A stretch of DNA of 64,000 nt, taken from NCBI RefSeq assembly GCF_037042905.1, contig NC_087246.1, forward strand, positions 57,288,001 through 57,352,000, written 5' to 3'. The position numbers and the translations under genes were made by a program. The DNA comes from Lytechinus pictus (taxonomy: Eukaryota). Under the pieces are notes generated by a model. It was not told the origin of the DNA, ran no database searches, and saw only the letters and a list, made by a program, of their open reading frames with translations. Each line of letters opens with the position of its first letter. Position 1 is the stretch's first letter. Positions 23,099-38,000 of the stretch are shown here, one piece after another.

Positions 23099-26000
23099 GT
23101 AAGTACATTAAGTAGCTCTCAATGTTATTTTTCATGCTCATTGTAAAATTCTTTATGTTATGTTTCAATTAGATTCTGTAATACATGTATATTACAAATG
23201 TTTATCTTCAAGACAACCTGGACTTTCCTTTAAATTCAGTATGTGGGTATTTATTTAGATTTTAAAAAAAGAACCCAGACAAATAGTTTGAAGTCACTAG
23301 TTTGAAGCCTTGAAAGTCAGGTGTACTCAGGGTTGTGATAAAAAACGTTTTTTATTAAAAAAAACAAATAAAACGTTTTTTATTGTTTTAAAACGTTTTA
23401 AATCGTTTTAAAACGTTTTTTTCCAACGAATGATGCAATTTTCCGTAAATCAATTAAACTATACAGTCTGATTTATGTTTTAAATGCATTTTTGGAGTAA
23501 GTAAGAGATGACTACAATTTTTGTTACTGAATTTCTAACAGATAAGTTCATATTTTCCCAAAAATGACTAAATCATGGAAATTGAATGCCTAAAAAAAGA
23601 ACACTAAATTAGGTTGACATTTTATAAGTTTATTCCTCAAACATGTACATATACATGTAGTCTCTGGGTATTTGGGAGTCATGTCAATCTAGGGGAGGGG
23701 GGAGAATTTGCACAATGGACGAAAATGACATAATCTATGAGGCTCCAATATGCTTTATTTCATTTGAGTCAATTATGCCAATGTTTAATAGTTAAATCTA
23801 GAAATATAGCCCTTGAACTGCTCATTTTTTTTAATTGAAAAATTTTGATCAAATGCATATTACAAAAAAAATCAGTATAAGAATTAAGATGTTTTTAAAA
23901 TTTGCTATACTGTTTTTTTTTATTGTTTCTTATGTACATTTACAGTTTTTTTTACTATTTTAATTGTTTTTTTTAACTGAAATTATTGGCAACAATTTTA
24001 AATCATTAACAAAATGTACAAATAATGAAACAGATACAAATTTTGGCAAGAATTCACAATTGGCTTTTCACGTTTTTGAGCAATTCTAGGTCTGACATGC
24101 ACTTGTTGTGTAATACTGCATTCTCATGCATGCATCCTCAAAATAGTCTGGAATGATTATAGTGTGGCCCTGTCGTGCTTATGGATTTATCATTGAAATT
24201 TTCAGGGAGTCATTGATTAACTCTTTAAACTTGGGGGATCAATTTGACCCCCCTCCTCGACAAATTTGTCACTACGCCGTGGTGCGAAATACTTTGACCG
24301 CGCCGCTCACTGACTTTTTGCTTTCAAGTCTTGTGCATCTTTTGAGACCAATTTTGTGACGCCCGGGTACGCGGTTTTGAAATCACGCAACATTTTGTAA
24401 GTGCATGTGCAGCATGTCAGACCCGAAATTGCTCAAAAATGTGCTCCGTGTTGAAAGTCTATATGCAAATTATGTTTTTCAACTAAAAATCATAAATGTA
24501 TGATTATTTTTACTTTTGGTTTAAATGGATTTATTTTATGCTATTTATGATTGCAAAAGGGTCCCTGACTAAGTTCATTTGAAAAAACAATAAAACAAAA
24601 GTTTCAAAAACAAAGAAATACATAAGAGTTTCAAAAAAAATAAAATTGATACTGCCACCAGAAATTAGCATTCTACTAGCTACGTAAATTGAGTTAAAGG
24701 CAAAAACATACACAGAAAAACTAATTTAGGTCAAATTTCATACGCTTATTTGCATTTAAAATAAAAAAATATAAATTATCAATTTTTGGGAAAATTTTAC
24801 TATGCAGTCTTGAAGATTACATCCGGCTCTACGCGCGTGCAAATTTTTGCGGTGATTGTGCAATCAGCGGCCGAGATCTGGGGGGGGGGTCATATTAACC
24901 CCCCCAGTATATTCCGGTCTGAAATAGCCCAGTTAAGATAGGGTTAACTTAAGGTCCCCTTGGATTGTTAGGATTAAGGTTTGCTAGCTGACTATCTTAT
25001 TCTGTTTAAATTACTTTTTTTCATCTATACAAAGCGCAAAGTTTCACGTGCATTCGTGTGTACTTCAAGAGTACAACGTCAGTTTTACAGTCTACATTGT
25101 ATTTGTTTGTATATAGGCTTGTGCAACACTTCCATTTCATTTAAGTACTACTATTACATGTAGTATACATGTATTTGAGCTTATTTTAAACAGTGTTTCT
25201 TTCCCTGTCCAAAAAGTGAGCCCAACACTCAGATATAGACTATTAATATGGAATGATGTGCACAATTGAACAGGGAGAAAAGAAACATGATAAAGTGATG
25301 GAGAAAGGGAGAATAAAGGGGGAAAGAGAAAGAGTTTTTATTAGTTATAACTTAAAAGAAAATAGTACACCACTTCAGAAATAAAAGTATTTTAAAAATT
25401 AATCTAAAATCACATCCATGCAAATTTACAACACACAAGCCTATGCGGTGTTTTAAAACACGTTTTTTTTGTAAAAAAAACGGGTGTTTTAAAACGCGTT
25501 TTAAAACATGTTTTAAAACACACCGTTTAAAACGTGCCAACCCTGGGTGTACTGTATCATAAAATAGGCAAATTACAATTTGTAGACCTCAAAAGTGACA
25601 TGAAAACAATGAACTAAATGTATTACATATATACAACGTACCTAAGAATTTAGAAAATGAATTAAGGGAATAAAAGAATTTGATCAGTGAGACATGAACA
25701 GATTTTTTTATTTTGAGTGATGAGGTATTTGAATATTCAAATATTCGGTACCAGGAATCCATAAAAGTTTAAAGGGAATAAGACCCTGATATTAATTTTC
25801 TTAAAATTTTGGTAACGTGTGTATGTCAAAAATACTTAGTACATGTAATTAGTTTTCTCTTCGACCTTCGTACCAAAAAAAAATATATATCTAAAATCTT
25901 TGGAAAGAAAGATCTGAACAATCTCCACATACAGTATCACTGTCAATGACACAATATGGTGTTTAAGTAAGAATATGAACAAATGACCAATTATTCTCAA

Positions 26001-29000
26001 AATTAATTCATGCATGAAGAGTTAGAATGAGTTCTGACAGTCAAAACATTTAATTGCCATTCAAATGACTGCAATTGCAATTCAAATTGCAATTTTGTCA
26101 ACCCTTCTACATGTACTTTCCCCAAGATATTGAAATTCTGCATTTCACATCTCTACATCCATATAATGCACCATTTTCCACATTTCTTGAAAGTATATGT
26201 ATTTGATTTCGTTGGAAATTGCCAAGAAAATTAAGTATATACCTTTCTTTCTTGGTTCTGAAGTCTGAAAGATTGATTGCTGTTAAGGTTACATGTACAC
26301 TCTTAACATCAACATTGGACTTACATTGTAAAAGCCGTATCTGGTGAAGCAAACAAAAATTTGCCATTCTTGTCGATTTTAATACATTTCATACCAATGG
26401 ATAATCCAAGAATAAGTGATAGGATCATTGATTTTGAACTTATTTACATGTACGTGGACATGCTTTTGAGCTATTTTATTGACTTGAAAAAAAATCTATA
26501 CATGTATAAGCAATCAGAATGGAGACAAGACAAGTTAAATGAAATGCTGCTTTATCCACAATGCCCTATTTTATGAAGTCATGTTGAAGCTGATACATGG
26601 TTTATTTTTTTTAATTTTTTTTTTGGGGGGGGGGTGAAGGAGCCCGAAAGCATAGAATACATTTAAGTGGGAAAAATTAGTCTGTCATAAAAAAAACAAA
26701 GAAAAAAAAAGTAGTGCTGTTTTGAATGATATGCATTCAAATGTTGACTTTCTATACAATATGTGATCTGGGCCCCGTCTTTCAAAGAGTTGCGATTGAT
26801 CCGATCGATTGCAACTATGGACGGCCAGCAACATCAACATAGATTATGCATGTTTGTTCAAAATATTTTCTAGCTATGATGTATATACATGCATTCATCA
26901 TTTTCTTGAAAATTCACTGTGCTTCTCTTTGGTTACAAAGGACATTGTGCAAATTCCCTGTAGAAAAAATTATGACCCTGGTGGATTTCCATAGAGTTAC
27001 AATTGATTGGATCAATTGTACCTCTTTGTAAGATGGGGCCCTGAACAGACATGTTTATAGAAAGTTGTGTACTTCTTAAGTTTAAGCCATTGCAGCCTTG
27101 ACATGTGCCTGTAATCCTTGCTTATTACTATTCTTATAACTTTTCTAATTGTTTCTTTTGAAGGATGATGACATGGAAGAGGGAGAAGTCAAAGACCCTG
27201 TTGAGAAAAAGAAACCAGAGGTTCGTCCCATTTGTCGTTTCTATACAAGAGGACAATGCTTCTGGGGTAATAGCTGTCGATTCATACACCCGGGCATCAA
27301 TGATAAGGGTGAGTATTACATGTAGGGCTACTTGATACAACAAAATGAAAATATTGTGATATAGAATTGAATACATGTAGGTGGGTCTATGATATATTGC
27401 CTAAAACGATATTGAGAATGATTTAGGTTTTAACCCGTTTCATTCATAAAATCTGCCTTGATATAAATAATGATAATAAAAGTAATGTGACTTTAAGCAC
27501 TACATGTAAATCCACTCTGTAGAGTATTCAAGGCATATAGAGAGCAAAGAACTTTTAAAAAGAGTTTTGAGAAGATTTTAGAAGATATACTATGAACCTG
27601 GTAATGAAAGGATCATATAAATGTTATACCTCACCAACTTATCTTGGGACAGTAAGTTTTTCTTTATGAGTGAATAAAAAAAAATCTGTTTAGGTTCTTT
27701 ACTTTTCAAGTGAATCTGTTCCATATGCTAGTTTTAATTGAAAGAAGAGATATATATATGAACATACCATGGCTAAGCTTAACCATGACCCTGCTTGACA
27801 ATTATTATAACCACATGTGTCCTGACATGGATTTACATGGTTTTGCCATATTGTGTGGCCCCCCACACCTACATGTAGGTCCCTAGTGAGTATATGATCC
27901 AAATAAAAAAGACTTGTGAATAACAATTACGGAAGGCAGAAAGGATGCAAGGTTCAGATGAAAAATGTTCTGTAAAAGCCAAGTTTTAAAATAAGGACAA
28001 AGCAGGCACAGATTTTCTTCTAGTTATTCAAATCTACTGTCCCTATCCCTTCTTCAATGTTTTATTAAAACTTCCTATTATTAGAATAACAAAACAATAT
28101 CATTAACTTACAGATATCATCAAAATTTTCATGAAAATTATGTCAAGGAAATCTTATTTTTATTGTTAGTTGTGCTATGTGAAAGAGATAAATACAGTAT
28201 ATTTACAATATTTACTAGCATATGATATTAACAAAGGCTTCAACATTAGAACTATGATTTTTGAATGCTTAATGCTATCAGCAGATGTATTTACACCCAT
28301 GACGTCCACTTCTTGAAGATGAAATAGTTTGTTTTCTGATTTCTCCGACTAGGCAACTACTCACTGATTGACAGGAGAGAACTTCACAATGCCCAGGCTG
28401 TGTTACTGGGTCAGCCCATTGAACCCCCATCACCCCCTCCCAAGGAAGACCTACCTCCCCCTCCCCCAGAGGTAAGAAACTACTAATATCCTATCCATTT
28501 TGATGTGCTACATGTATATTAGCAGGGTTTCCAGCCCATTAGGGAAGTCAGGATCCTGGTCTGGAGTAACCCTTAGTGCATACCTCACACTTAATGCATA
28601 CCTCACACTTAATCTCAGAAGTTGGACCAGTTTCAGCATTTCAGGGCTAAATGCAAAATTTTTGCACTGGCAGTTTTACTGTAATGTTACAGTTGTACTG
28701 TAAGGTTGCATGAAACCAACTGAGAGATGTAGATTAATGTTCATGAAAAAAAAAACCACCAACAGCACATTTTTGGATGCAAATGTATTTAATAGGAAGG
28801 ACTGTAAAGCCTGTCACACTACACAATCCATCTACAATGCAATTATTGAACGAATCACATTTACTTTAAATATTAAAGTTCCAAGAAGTAAAATTAATTT
28901 ATTTGAAATTCAGCATATTGCTAAAAATACTTGAATAAGAATTCTGCTTTGCTTCGACCCTTGTGGTCAGATTAAAGTCCTACTCAGATTAATGTCGCAT

Positions 29001-32000
29001 CTGATGATGATGTCATTGCGATTTAGGATTGAATTCGCTTTTATTCCTACAGGGAGGCCCAAAATGGACTGGAATTTCAATTTCAGTATTCATACCACTG
29101 TTCAAAAATTTGATCGTTAAAGATTTTTTAGGTTGGAATGTTCAAACCAAATGCAATTACACTTTCTTTGAAAATTGGATTGCAATGGATTGTGTAGTGT
29201 GCGCCAGGCTTGACTATTTCTTGTTGCAGAATTTTGAATGAATTGTCATTGGTTTTTATAGGAAGAAGAAGAGTTTCTGCCCCCGCCCCCGGAGGAACCT
29301 CGTCAAGAGAGTGCTTGGGAGAGGGGCCTCAGACATGCCAGAGAGGTGAGAATAAAATCTAAAAAATATTTTCTATAATTGAAATAATTATATCTGAGTC
29401 ATAGCATTTATTTAAAATATCATCTTAACATTTCTGGTAAAATGACGGTTATGCTAACTGGCAGGGAATGAGGGACAGCCTCCAAAACTGTCGAACATTC
29501 ACATTTCACATATTTTCATCCATGAACAAATTTTCAAAATTTAAATTGTCCAAAATTTATGGAAGTATTTTGATTTGGTGATAAACTACAAAGGAAATGA
29601 AGAATATTCTCTTCTTCCTTGACTGAGGAAGATTTTCTGGAATTTCAGTTTGTCAAAGAGGATATGATGGCATTCTGGTTAAGCCAACAAATGTTTGTCA
29701 ATCTCAATCTTAAAGTCATTAAATTGTTTTTTTTTGTGCCAAGTTATAATCCAAGAATAAGTCAAACAATCATTGATTTTGAACTTATTTGACATATAAT
29801 GGCTAATTTTTTCCCACAGACTACATGTAAACATTTATTTTAGTAGTCTAACATCAACTGAAATTTCCAGGAATCAATCTATCAGAGTCAAGAAAGAAGA
29901 GAATATTCTTCTTTTTTTTGGTTTCCAGCTACTGTACATGTAATGAAAAATACTTTAAAGGAAATAGGGACAGAAAATAAGTATTTCATGTATGTGAAAT
30001 GTTAAAGGAGAATGCAACCTTTAAAACAATATAGCTTGTGTGAAAACAGAAAAATCAAAGAAACACATCAACGAAAGTTTGAGAAAAATCGGACAAATAA
30101 TGAGAAGGTTATGAGCATTTAAATATTGCGATCACTAATGCTATGGAGATCCTCACATTGGCAATGCGACAAAGATGTGTGATGTCACTTGTGAACAACT
30201 CTCCCCATTACTTTAGTATATGTTTCACTTAAAGGGATGGTCTGGACTGAAAGTATTTATAGCTTAATAAATAGAGTAGAATTCACTGAGCAAAATGCCG
30301 AAAATTTTATTAAAATCGGATAACAAAATAAAAAAGTTATTGAATTTTAAAATTTAGCAATATCTTGTGAAAACAGTCGTCATGAATATTCATTAGGTGG
30401 GCTGATGATGTCACATCCCTACTTAATCTTTTGTATTTTATTATATGAATTTACGTTTATTCAAATTTTTTCCTCCAAGAACTAGAAAAATTGTATTGAC
30501 AACTGATTTAGTACATTTGATATTATTGCTGCAACTTATTTTATTATAATGGAGACATATTATTCACGCAAGTGTGAAATAATGAAAAAAAATATGATTT
30601 TATGTAATAATATAAGAAAACGGAAAGTGGGGATGTGACATCAGCCCACCTAATGAATATTCATGATGACTGTTTTCACAAAATATTGCTAAACTTTAAA
30701 CTTCAATAACTTTATTATTTGTAATCCGATTTTGATGAAATTTTTGGCATTTTGCTCAGTAAATTATACTCTATGTATTAAGATATAAATATTTTTAGCC
30801 CGGACCATCCCTTTAAATTGCCTCTTATCACATCTATCAGTAGATCATGTGTTCATTCTATAGAACGGCATGTAATACAGATTTTTAAAGAATACATCAT
30901 GGATAAAGAGTTTGTATCACCATAAGAAAAAGCAAAAAGAGACATTTTGGGGGTATTTTATAGTCCATCAAAGGGAAAGTTGTTCACATGTGACATCACA
31001 CATCCTTGTCGCATTGCCAATTGGAGGATCTCCTTTCTTATTGTTTGTCTGATTTTTCTAAAACTTACGTTGATCTGTTTCTTTGATTTTTCTGTTTCGA
31101 CACAAGCCTACTTATTCCAAAGGTTTCATTCCCCTTTAATTTCAGCAACATTTTGAAAATTTTTTCCCCATACATTCAAACGGTTGACAAAATGGTTATG
31201 CTTTTAATGGTCGTTATAACTGCATTTTAAAATTACAACCCTTCTGAAAAATTTGCCAGTATTTTAATGTTATCATGAAGGAAAAGAATGGTTTCCAATG
31301 ATATACTATGATATGTGATATACATGTATGGCTGATTATTTTTTTTTTCTTTTCAATAGAATGGTTGTGTTTGGTATATGAAAGTAATACCGAAAATAAA
31401 AGATGAATGTTAATCATAACTTTCAGGCCCACATTCAAGATGGTTTTAATTGTACGATGGTACAATGCCACAGATTATACAGATTTCTTTGTAGTATTGC
31501 ACTTCATTCAAACATTAATTTAGTGCCCTTTGCCTAAAGCGGCATATATGTTAACAAGGATGTTGAGGAGGGTACGCAATCATGTACGCATATCTGCATA
31601 CATGTAGTCAATGGTTTTGTGCCATGGTACAATTGAAACCACCCTTGTGAATTCTGGCCTTAAATACGGAATGATTTTGCAAATGTTTCATGGAACATGA
31701 ACTTATCCGTGCTCTTTGTTATATTGCTTACTTTATAACATATTTTTCCTAGCTTCGGAAGAAAGCCATGGAGCTCAAAGAAAAGGGGATTCTACCCGAA
31801 GAACAGAAGACCATAGGGGACATGATTGATGAAGAAAATGATTTTGACAAGGAAAATGAATTCTTCCCAGAAAAGGGGGACATTGATGATCCATACATGT
31901 AAGTTAATATAGCATACATGTATATGGTTCAAAAGCTAAAGCAATGCAGTTGCAGCATTGATTATTTTTTGAGAAAGTTGTTATTAGTCAAAGTGAATTT

Positions 32001-35000
32001 TCACCATGTCATCTGAGATCGAGATCAAATTCATTTACTTTAACCTAACTTTGTAAAATCATTAAATCTAAACTGAAAAATTTGATACTGAAGATTGCTT
32101 ACACTGATAAGTATAGGTGGGAAAGTGTGTTATTTTTGCTTGGAAAAAGACCCAATATCCGACTGGAAGGCCATGCCTATTTTATTTTGCCAATTTCTCA
32201 GCAATTACACGATTTAAATCCGACACATTTGGCATGCATTTTGTATTTATACGTACACAATTGTTAATATATTTTTTATTAGATTATCAATGTACCAAAT
32301 CATTCAAATCAAGGCTTAGAATATTCTTTTCCACAATCACTGGTTTCAGGGCATAGAATATTTTAAGATTCTTAGTTGACTCGTACTTTTCATTCATACA
32401 TAGTTACATATCATGTTGGATTTCTGTATAAATGAAGTTTATGATCGTTTCCACATCTGGAATTTATGTTTAACACTTCGTTCCACTTCTTCCTTTCTAT
32501 CAGGCAAGGTGAAGTATACCCACAAGAGCAATACCCCTATCCAGTGCCCCCTGAACATTACGAGAGAAATTTAAACTTCAGGGAGCAGCAACCTTCCCCA
32601 CCTCGACAGGTCTATAGAGTTCAACAAGATGTGAGTATTCTAGATTGAGCATTTATTAGGCATGGGAATATCTTGACTTTTTGAAAAGTCACCAATCCAA
32701 AATAGAATATCACTCTTTCCACTATTCAAATATCTGTCATTGTCAATCTACCCTTTTTACCCCAGAAACATAGTTAAAGATGTTTAGTTCAAAACCCTGG
32801 TTGTGTTTATTCAAGTTATCCTTATACATTTTGCCTTTGTCATTATGTATGTATCTCCACAATAGTTCAATGATCCAAGGAGGAGGATGATGAATCAAGG
32901 AAGACAGCGCAATGACTGGCAGCAGAATAGCTTCAACCGTAACCGCCAGCAACAGCAGTTCAGAGGCCAACGCCCCCAACAGCAGCAGCAGCAACCCCCT
33001 TTCCGTCGTGGGAGAAGCCCGGGTGGCTTTGGGGACAAACGCCGGGACGAGCGTCCAGGAGCCATGAGGAACGTGCCCAGAAGGGACAAGCTGGGGATGA
33101 GGGCGGGTGATGGTGGTCTGACCACTGGAAAGGCTGGCAAGGACAAGGCAGCAGATTCATGGCAGGATCCATGGGCAAGGAATAAGTCACCTGGAAGGAA
33201 AGGCAGATCTACCTTGGGAAGTGGGCGTCGTCCAAGATCAAGATCAAACTCATCAGCATCTTACAGTGACCGATCCTAGTAAGTTTTCATCATTGTGTCA
33301 TGGATCACAATAAATTTTAACAAACAATTTTACTATTTTTATTGTGGCATTTGACATCAATAATATACATTTTGCAACATGTTTTAGATTTGACAAAATG
33401 GAATCAATAATTAATGATACAGTGAAACCTATCAGAAGAAACCACTTACGACAGACAAGAGAATTGGTCTCTCTATACCCAGGAAGCAAAGAAGTTTACT
33501 GTCATTCTGAGATATAGAAACCACATTTGATTTGATTTATTGATATTGGTCTACTTAGCATCCCTAGGGTGGATCACTCAAGTAATCTCGTGCTTAAGGA
33601 TTTGAAGTGGCTGCTTGACATAGCAGCAATTCTAAATTTGAAAAACTTGTTCAAAAGCTTGTCATGTGTGGACTGAAGTGAAAGAGAATTGAAATCAATC
33701 ATTAACTTGGTTCCTAAACTGTTATTGACTAAGAATATTTATTCCTGACATAGCATCTAAATTCTTCTAATTTATATATATATATATATTGACATACTGT
33801 GTTTCTTCCTATCCAGTTCCTCCAGATCCCGATCCAGATCTGACTCTAGGTCCAGGTCACGTTCATACTCTTCCCGCAGCCGAAGCTCCTCCAGGAGCTC
33901 TTATAGTGGTTCTTCCCGGTCCAGGTCCAGATCCAAATCTCCTGGCTCCCAGTCATACTCCAGCTTCTCGTCACGCAGCAGGAGCAGGTCACCACCCCCT
34001 AAGGTTAAAGGAAAGATAGCGGCACCAAAGCCCATAGCAAAGCCAGGGGCGCCACAACAGATAGCCAGAGTTGGGGTGAAGCCTCCTGTCAAAGCCCCTG
34101 CTAAACCAATACCGTGAGTTTATACCCCACTCAATAAAGTTGGCAGGGGATTTACAGGGTGATAGGTCAGTCTATTGTGAATTGTTGCCATTGAAAATCT
34201 TCCTCAAATTTGGCACACACAAGTATAAGATGGTGATGTGAAAGACATCTCCTTAGCTTATCATGGAATGGCATAATTTTTTTTTTTTTGGGGGGGGGGT
34301 TGGTTACAGATCTAAACTAGTTCCTCATTTTGAGCAGAAATGTTTGTCAAATTTTGCACACACATTGATATAATGATGAAGATGTGCAAAGGACACATTT
34401 TTTATGCATCTTAAACTTTGTTACCAAGTTCATGACATTTTATTTCAGCAAATTAAGGGAACTTGCATATCCAAAAATTTGTCACATTTTTGGTAGTCAT
34501 GAAATTTGGCTTGAATTGGTTTAATAATGCAGAGGCGTAAGATCGATCTTAGGGTGAAGGTATGCATGGCATGCTTTTCAAATGTGCCAAACACTGTGGT
34601 GCAGTTATATGGCTTATTAGCTTGGGGCAAACTAGAATTTGATTATTCAGATATGAACCCAATGGAAAACATATCCTTGCCTGATATAATCAAAATGCAA
34701 TATGCCCCTTTACAACTCTGGATTATGATTTACATTTTGAATTTTTTTTGCCTCAGATCATCCAAACCAACACAGTCTCAACAGCAGAGAAGTCAGGCCC
34801 CACTTCAGGGTCGGCCGCCTGGTTCCAAAGTAGTGGCTGGACGCCCAGTGGTAGCTAAACAACCTGTCAGTAGGCCTCCAGGTGGTCAGCCAGGAGTCCG
34901 GAAACCTGTAGGACCTGGTGCACCTCCACCCAAGGCTGCCCCAGCCAAGGGATCAGATAAACAGGTATGCCCTAGCAGATCTGCTCTAAAGAGGGGCTTC

Positions 35001-38000
35001 ATCAAGAGATATTTCATTTGAAGTCATGGTGATTTAACATTGTTTTTTAAGCTGTGTAGTCTTTGAAGAACTGTGTAATATTTCTGGCCAGCTACTTAAA
35101 AAAAGTAAATTTGATGAAAATTGCCACTATATGAATGTTAATATGAAATAATTATATCAAGAAATGGTATGCGGTATCCACAGTCTCATAGTACATCTTT
35201 TCTTGTTTTTTTTTTTTGGAAGAGAGGAAATGTTGTTATTTCTTACCAGATGCTACACTCTTTAGAGTAGGAAATCCATTAAGCAATTTTATATTTTCAC
35301 CATATCACAATTTTTTATTTTATTTTATTAGAATGTGAATTCCTATTTGTTTTAAACAGTCATATATCCTTTGTCTACATTGTTCTATTTCACAGCAACT
35401 AATGAAGAGCAAATCTGCTTTCCCGAAGCCAGTACCAATGAATCGTAGATCTCGCTCCAGAACCAGATCAGAGAGTCTAAGCAGCATCAGCAGTCGATCA
35501 AGCTATAGCAGCTACAGCAGGTCCAGGTCTCGCTCCCGCTCTAGGTCTTATTCTGGCTCTTCTTCATCCTCTCGCTCCCGCTCGAGATCAAGATCTAGGT
35601 CGTTGACCAGATCTAGGCCTGGAGCATCTAGGCCTGGAGCATCAAGGCCAGGACAACCTCGGCCTGGTCAAGTTAGACCAGGACAAGTTAAGCCAGGACA
35701 ACCAAGACCGGGACCACCCAGGCCAGGACCACCCAGGCCAGGTCAACCCAGGCCAGGGCAACCAAGATCAGGACCACCCAGACCTGGAATGGAAAGATCA
35801 GGACCACCTCGATCAGTACCACATAGACAAGAGGCTATTAGGCAAGCACCATCTAGGCCAGGTGTGTCCAGACCAGCGTTAGCAAGATCGGGAAGTGGAA
35901 CAGCTTCAGGAAGACCGCCACCACGTCGCTCAAGATCTTACTCGGGCTCCCGATCCCGCTCCAGAAGCAGTTCTATCAGTAGTAGGTCATCCGTATCTAG
36001 TGCAGACTCTGAAAACATGTATGCCAATCTGGCTAGCCCAGTATCCTCCGCAAGTTCTGCAGATACACCTCCAGCTCCAAAACGTGGAACAAAAGCTACT
36101 AAAGGGTCCTCCAAACTACCATCAGCTGTATCCTCCACTATCAAGTCCAAACCTCAATTAAAGCAAGACAGGATGACCAAACCTCCATCAAAATCTTCAC
36201 CTCAAACTATGCGTGTAGCAGCACCCAAGAAAGTTACAAAGGTACCCGTTGGTAAGGCTACCCCTGATAGGTCAGCAGCTGCAGCAGCAGGAAAGGTGCA
36301 ATCCCGGGCTGTACCTGTTGGAAAGTCAATGCCGAAGTCATCATCTGGAGAGCGACCAAGCAGTAGCACAAAGGTACAGAGTGCTCAGAGACCAAGCAGC
36401 ACTACAGCGCAACAGGCAAAGACAAAACCTTCGAAAGGAACAGAAGGCAAGATGGGAGAAAGACCAGCAGATCAGAAGTAAGTATTGTAGTTTTCAAGTT
36501 TGCTGAAATATCATTTTAACTTGGGTCACATATTTGTATTTTCCCATATCTCATTATTGTATAACCCAAACCAACAGGGTTTTTTTATCCCCTGCTCAAA
36601 CCTGTGATTGGCTTGCAACCATCTTACACTACCAAACGCCGATCAACAAGCTTTTTTAAAGTCCAGTGCATGTTTTGGTCCCAAGTTTATGAAGATCGGA
36701 CAAGGGGTCATGGAGGTCACTGCTCATATTGTAATCACTTTGGCCAAATGAAACATCTATCTTGTCATTGACAGCTAACAAGTGGGTCATGATTTTGTGC
36801 CTCTGTCTGATCATCCACTTCAATTGAGTTCTTCATGATAAAAGTGAAATTGAAGATATATTGCAGTAACATGTAGATCACATAAAGGATACAAAGTCTA
36901 AAATTACTTCAAGAATCAAATATTATTGCTAATTAAATTGTTTATTATTGACATTATTTTGACAGAATGAGAGAACGTGGACCTCCTGTAACCATCTCTA
37001 GCAGCAGCAGCAGACCAACCTCTAATCAGTCAGGCATTTTGAAGCATGCTGCTCGTAAAGAGATCAAACTCAATCTCATAAGCAAGGTATGGTCATAGGC
37101 ATAGCGTCAGTGTTGCTGCTATGTTTGGGAGGGGGGATGTTTCACAAGACATCAAACTTTTGTAGAACTGAACCACAAATTTTGATGCATTTATTTGTTT
37201 ATGCCATGTTCAGAAATTTGGGACAGACGTAAATACTGGGTTAAATTTTCACAACAAATGTTGCCATTAATTATCAAATATTGATATATTTTTTATTTTC
37301 CAAGTAAGTTTCAACATCTTTCATATAAAATAACTTTATTTGCAAAGTACTTTATTTTCAGAACAAAATGTAAAGAAGGCCATTAACATTATTTATAATT
37401 GAGTTCAATTTTGTTGAAAGTGTTGATAAAAAGGCAAGGAGATGTTATAAAATGAAAAAGTGAGACCTTTTATTAATCTTCAAATGAATTATATCTTGCA
37501 GATTATGTTATCTTCATTTTATGTAGAATTTTGATTTATCTTGATGTACAAATCATTAGGACTATTTTGAATGAGATTTATTAGTGATTAATTACAAGCT
37601 GCAAAAATAAAAATATATGACTGTTTCTCATAAATGCAGCCTTCAGATGAAAGTAAGAAACGACCTGCAGACCCTTCTGTTAGTACAAGACCAGAAAAGA
37701 AATCCAAGACAGCTCCTGAGAGAGGTAAGTCTTAGTTCTGACAACCAGTTCTGGGTTCCATAACACAAAGGTCAGCGATTAATCGTACGCTTGATTTCTA
37801 TGATTGATTGTTCATTGTAGCCAAGGGAATAAATCGTAGAAAAATGTTCTACGATCATTGCTAAGCTTTGTGTTACAGAGTCCAGGTGTGAAAATTTCAT
37901 GGATAAAACATGCATCCAGTAGCGGATCCAGGATTTTGAAATAGAGTGGTGCATATAGCAAATTTGAAAATAGAGAAACACAATTTCCTTAGATTTAGCT

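Noticed and set aside
23340-23420. Short AAAACGTTTT arrays (also 25450-25535) as a CRISPR-like array
   Set aside because: Eukaryotic context, no unique spacers; they are hAT subterminal repeats.
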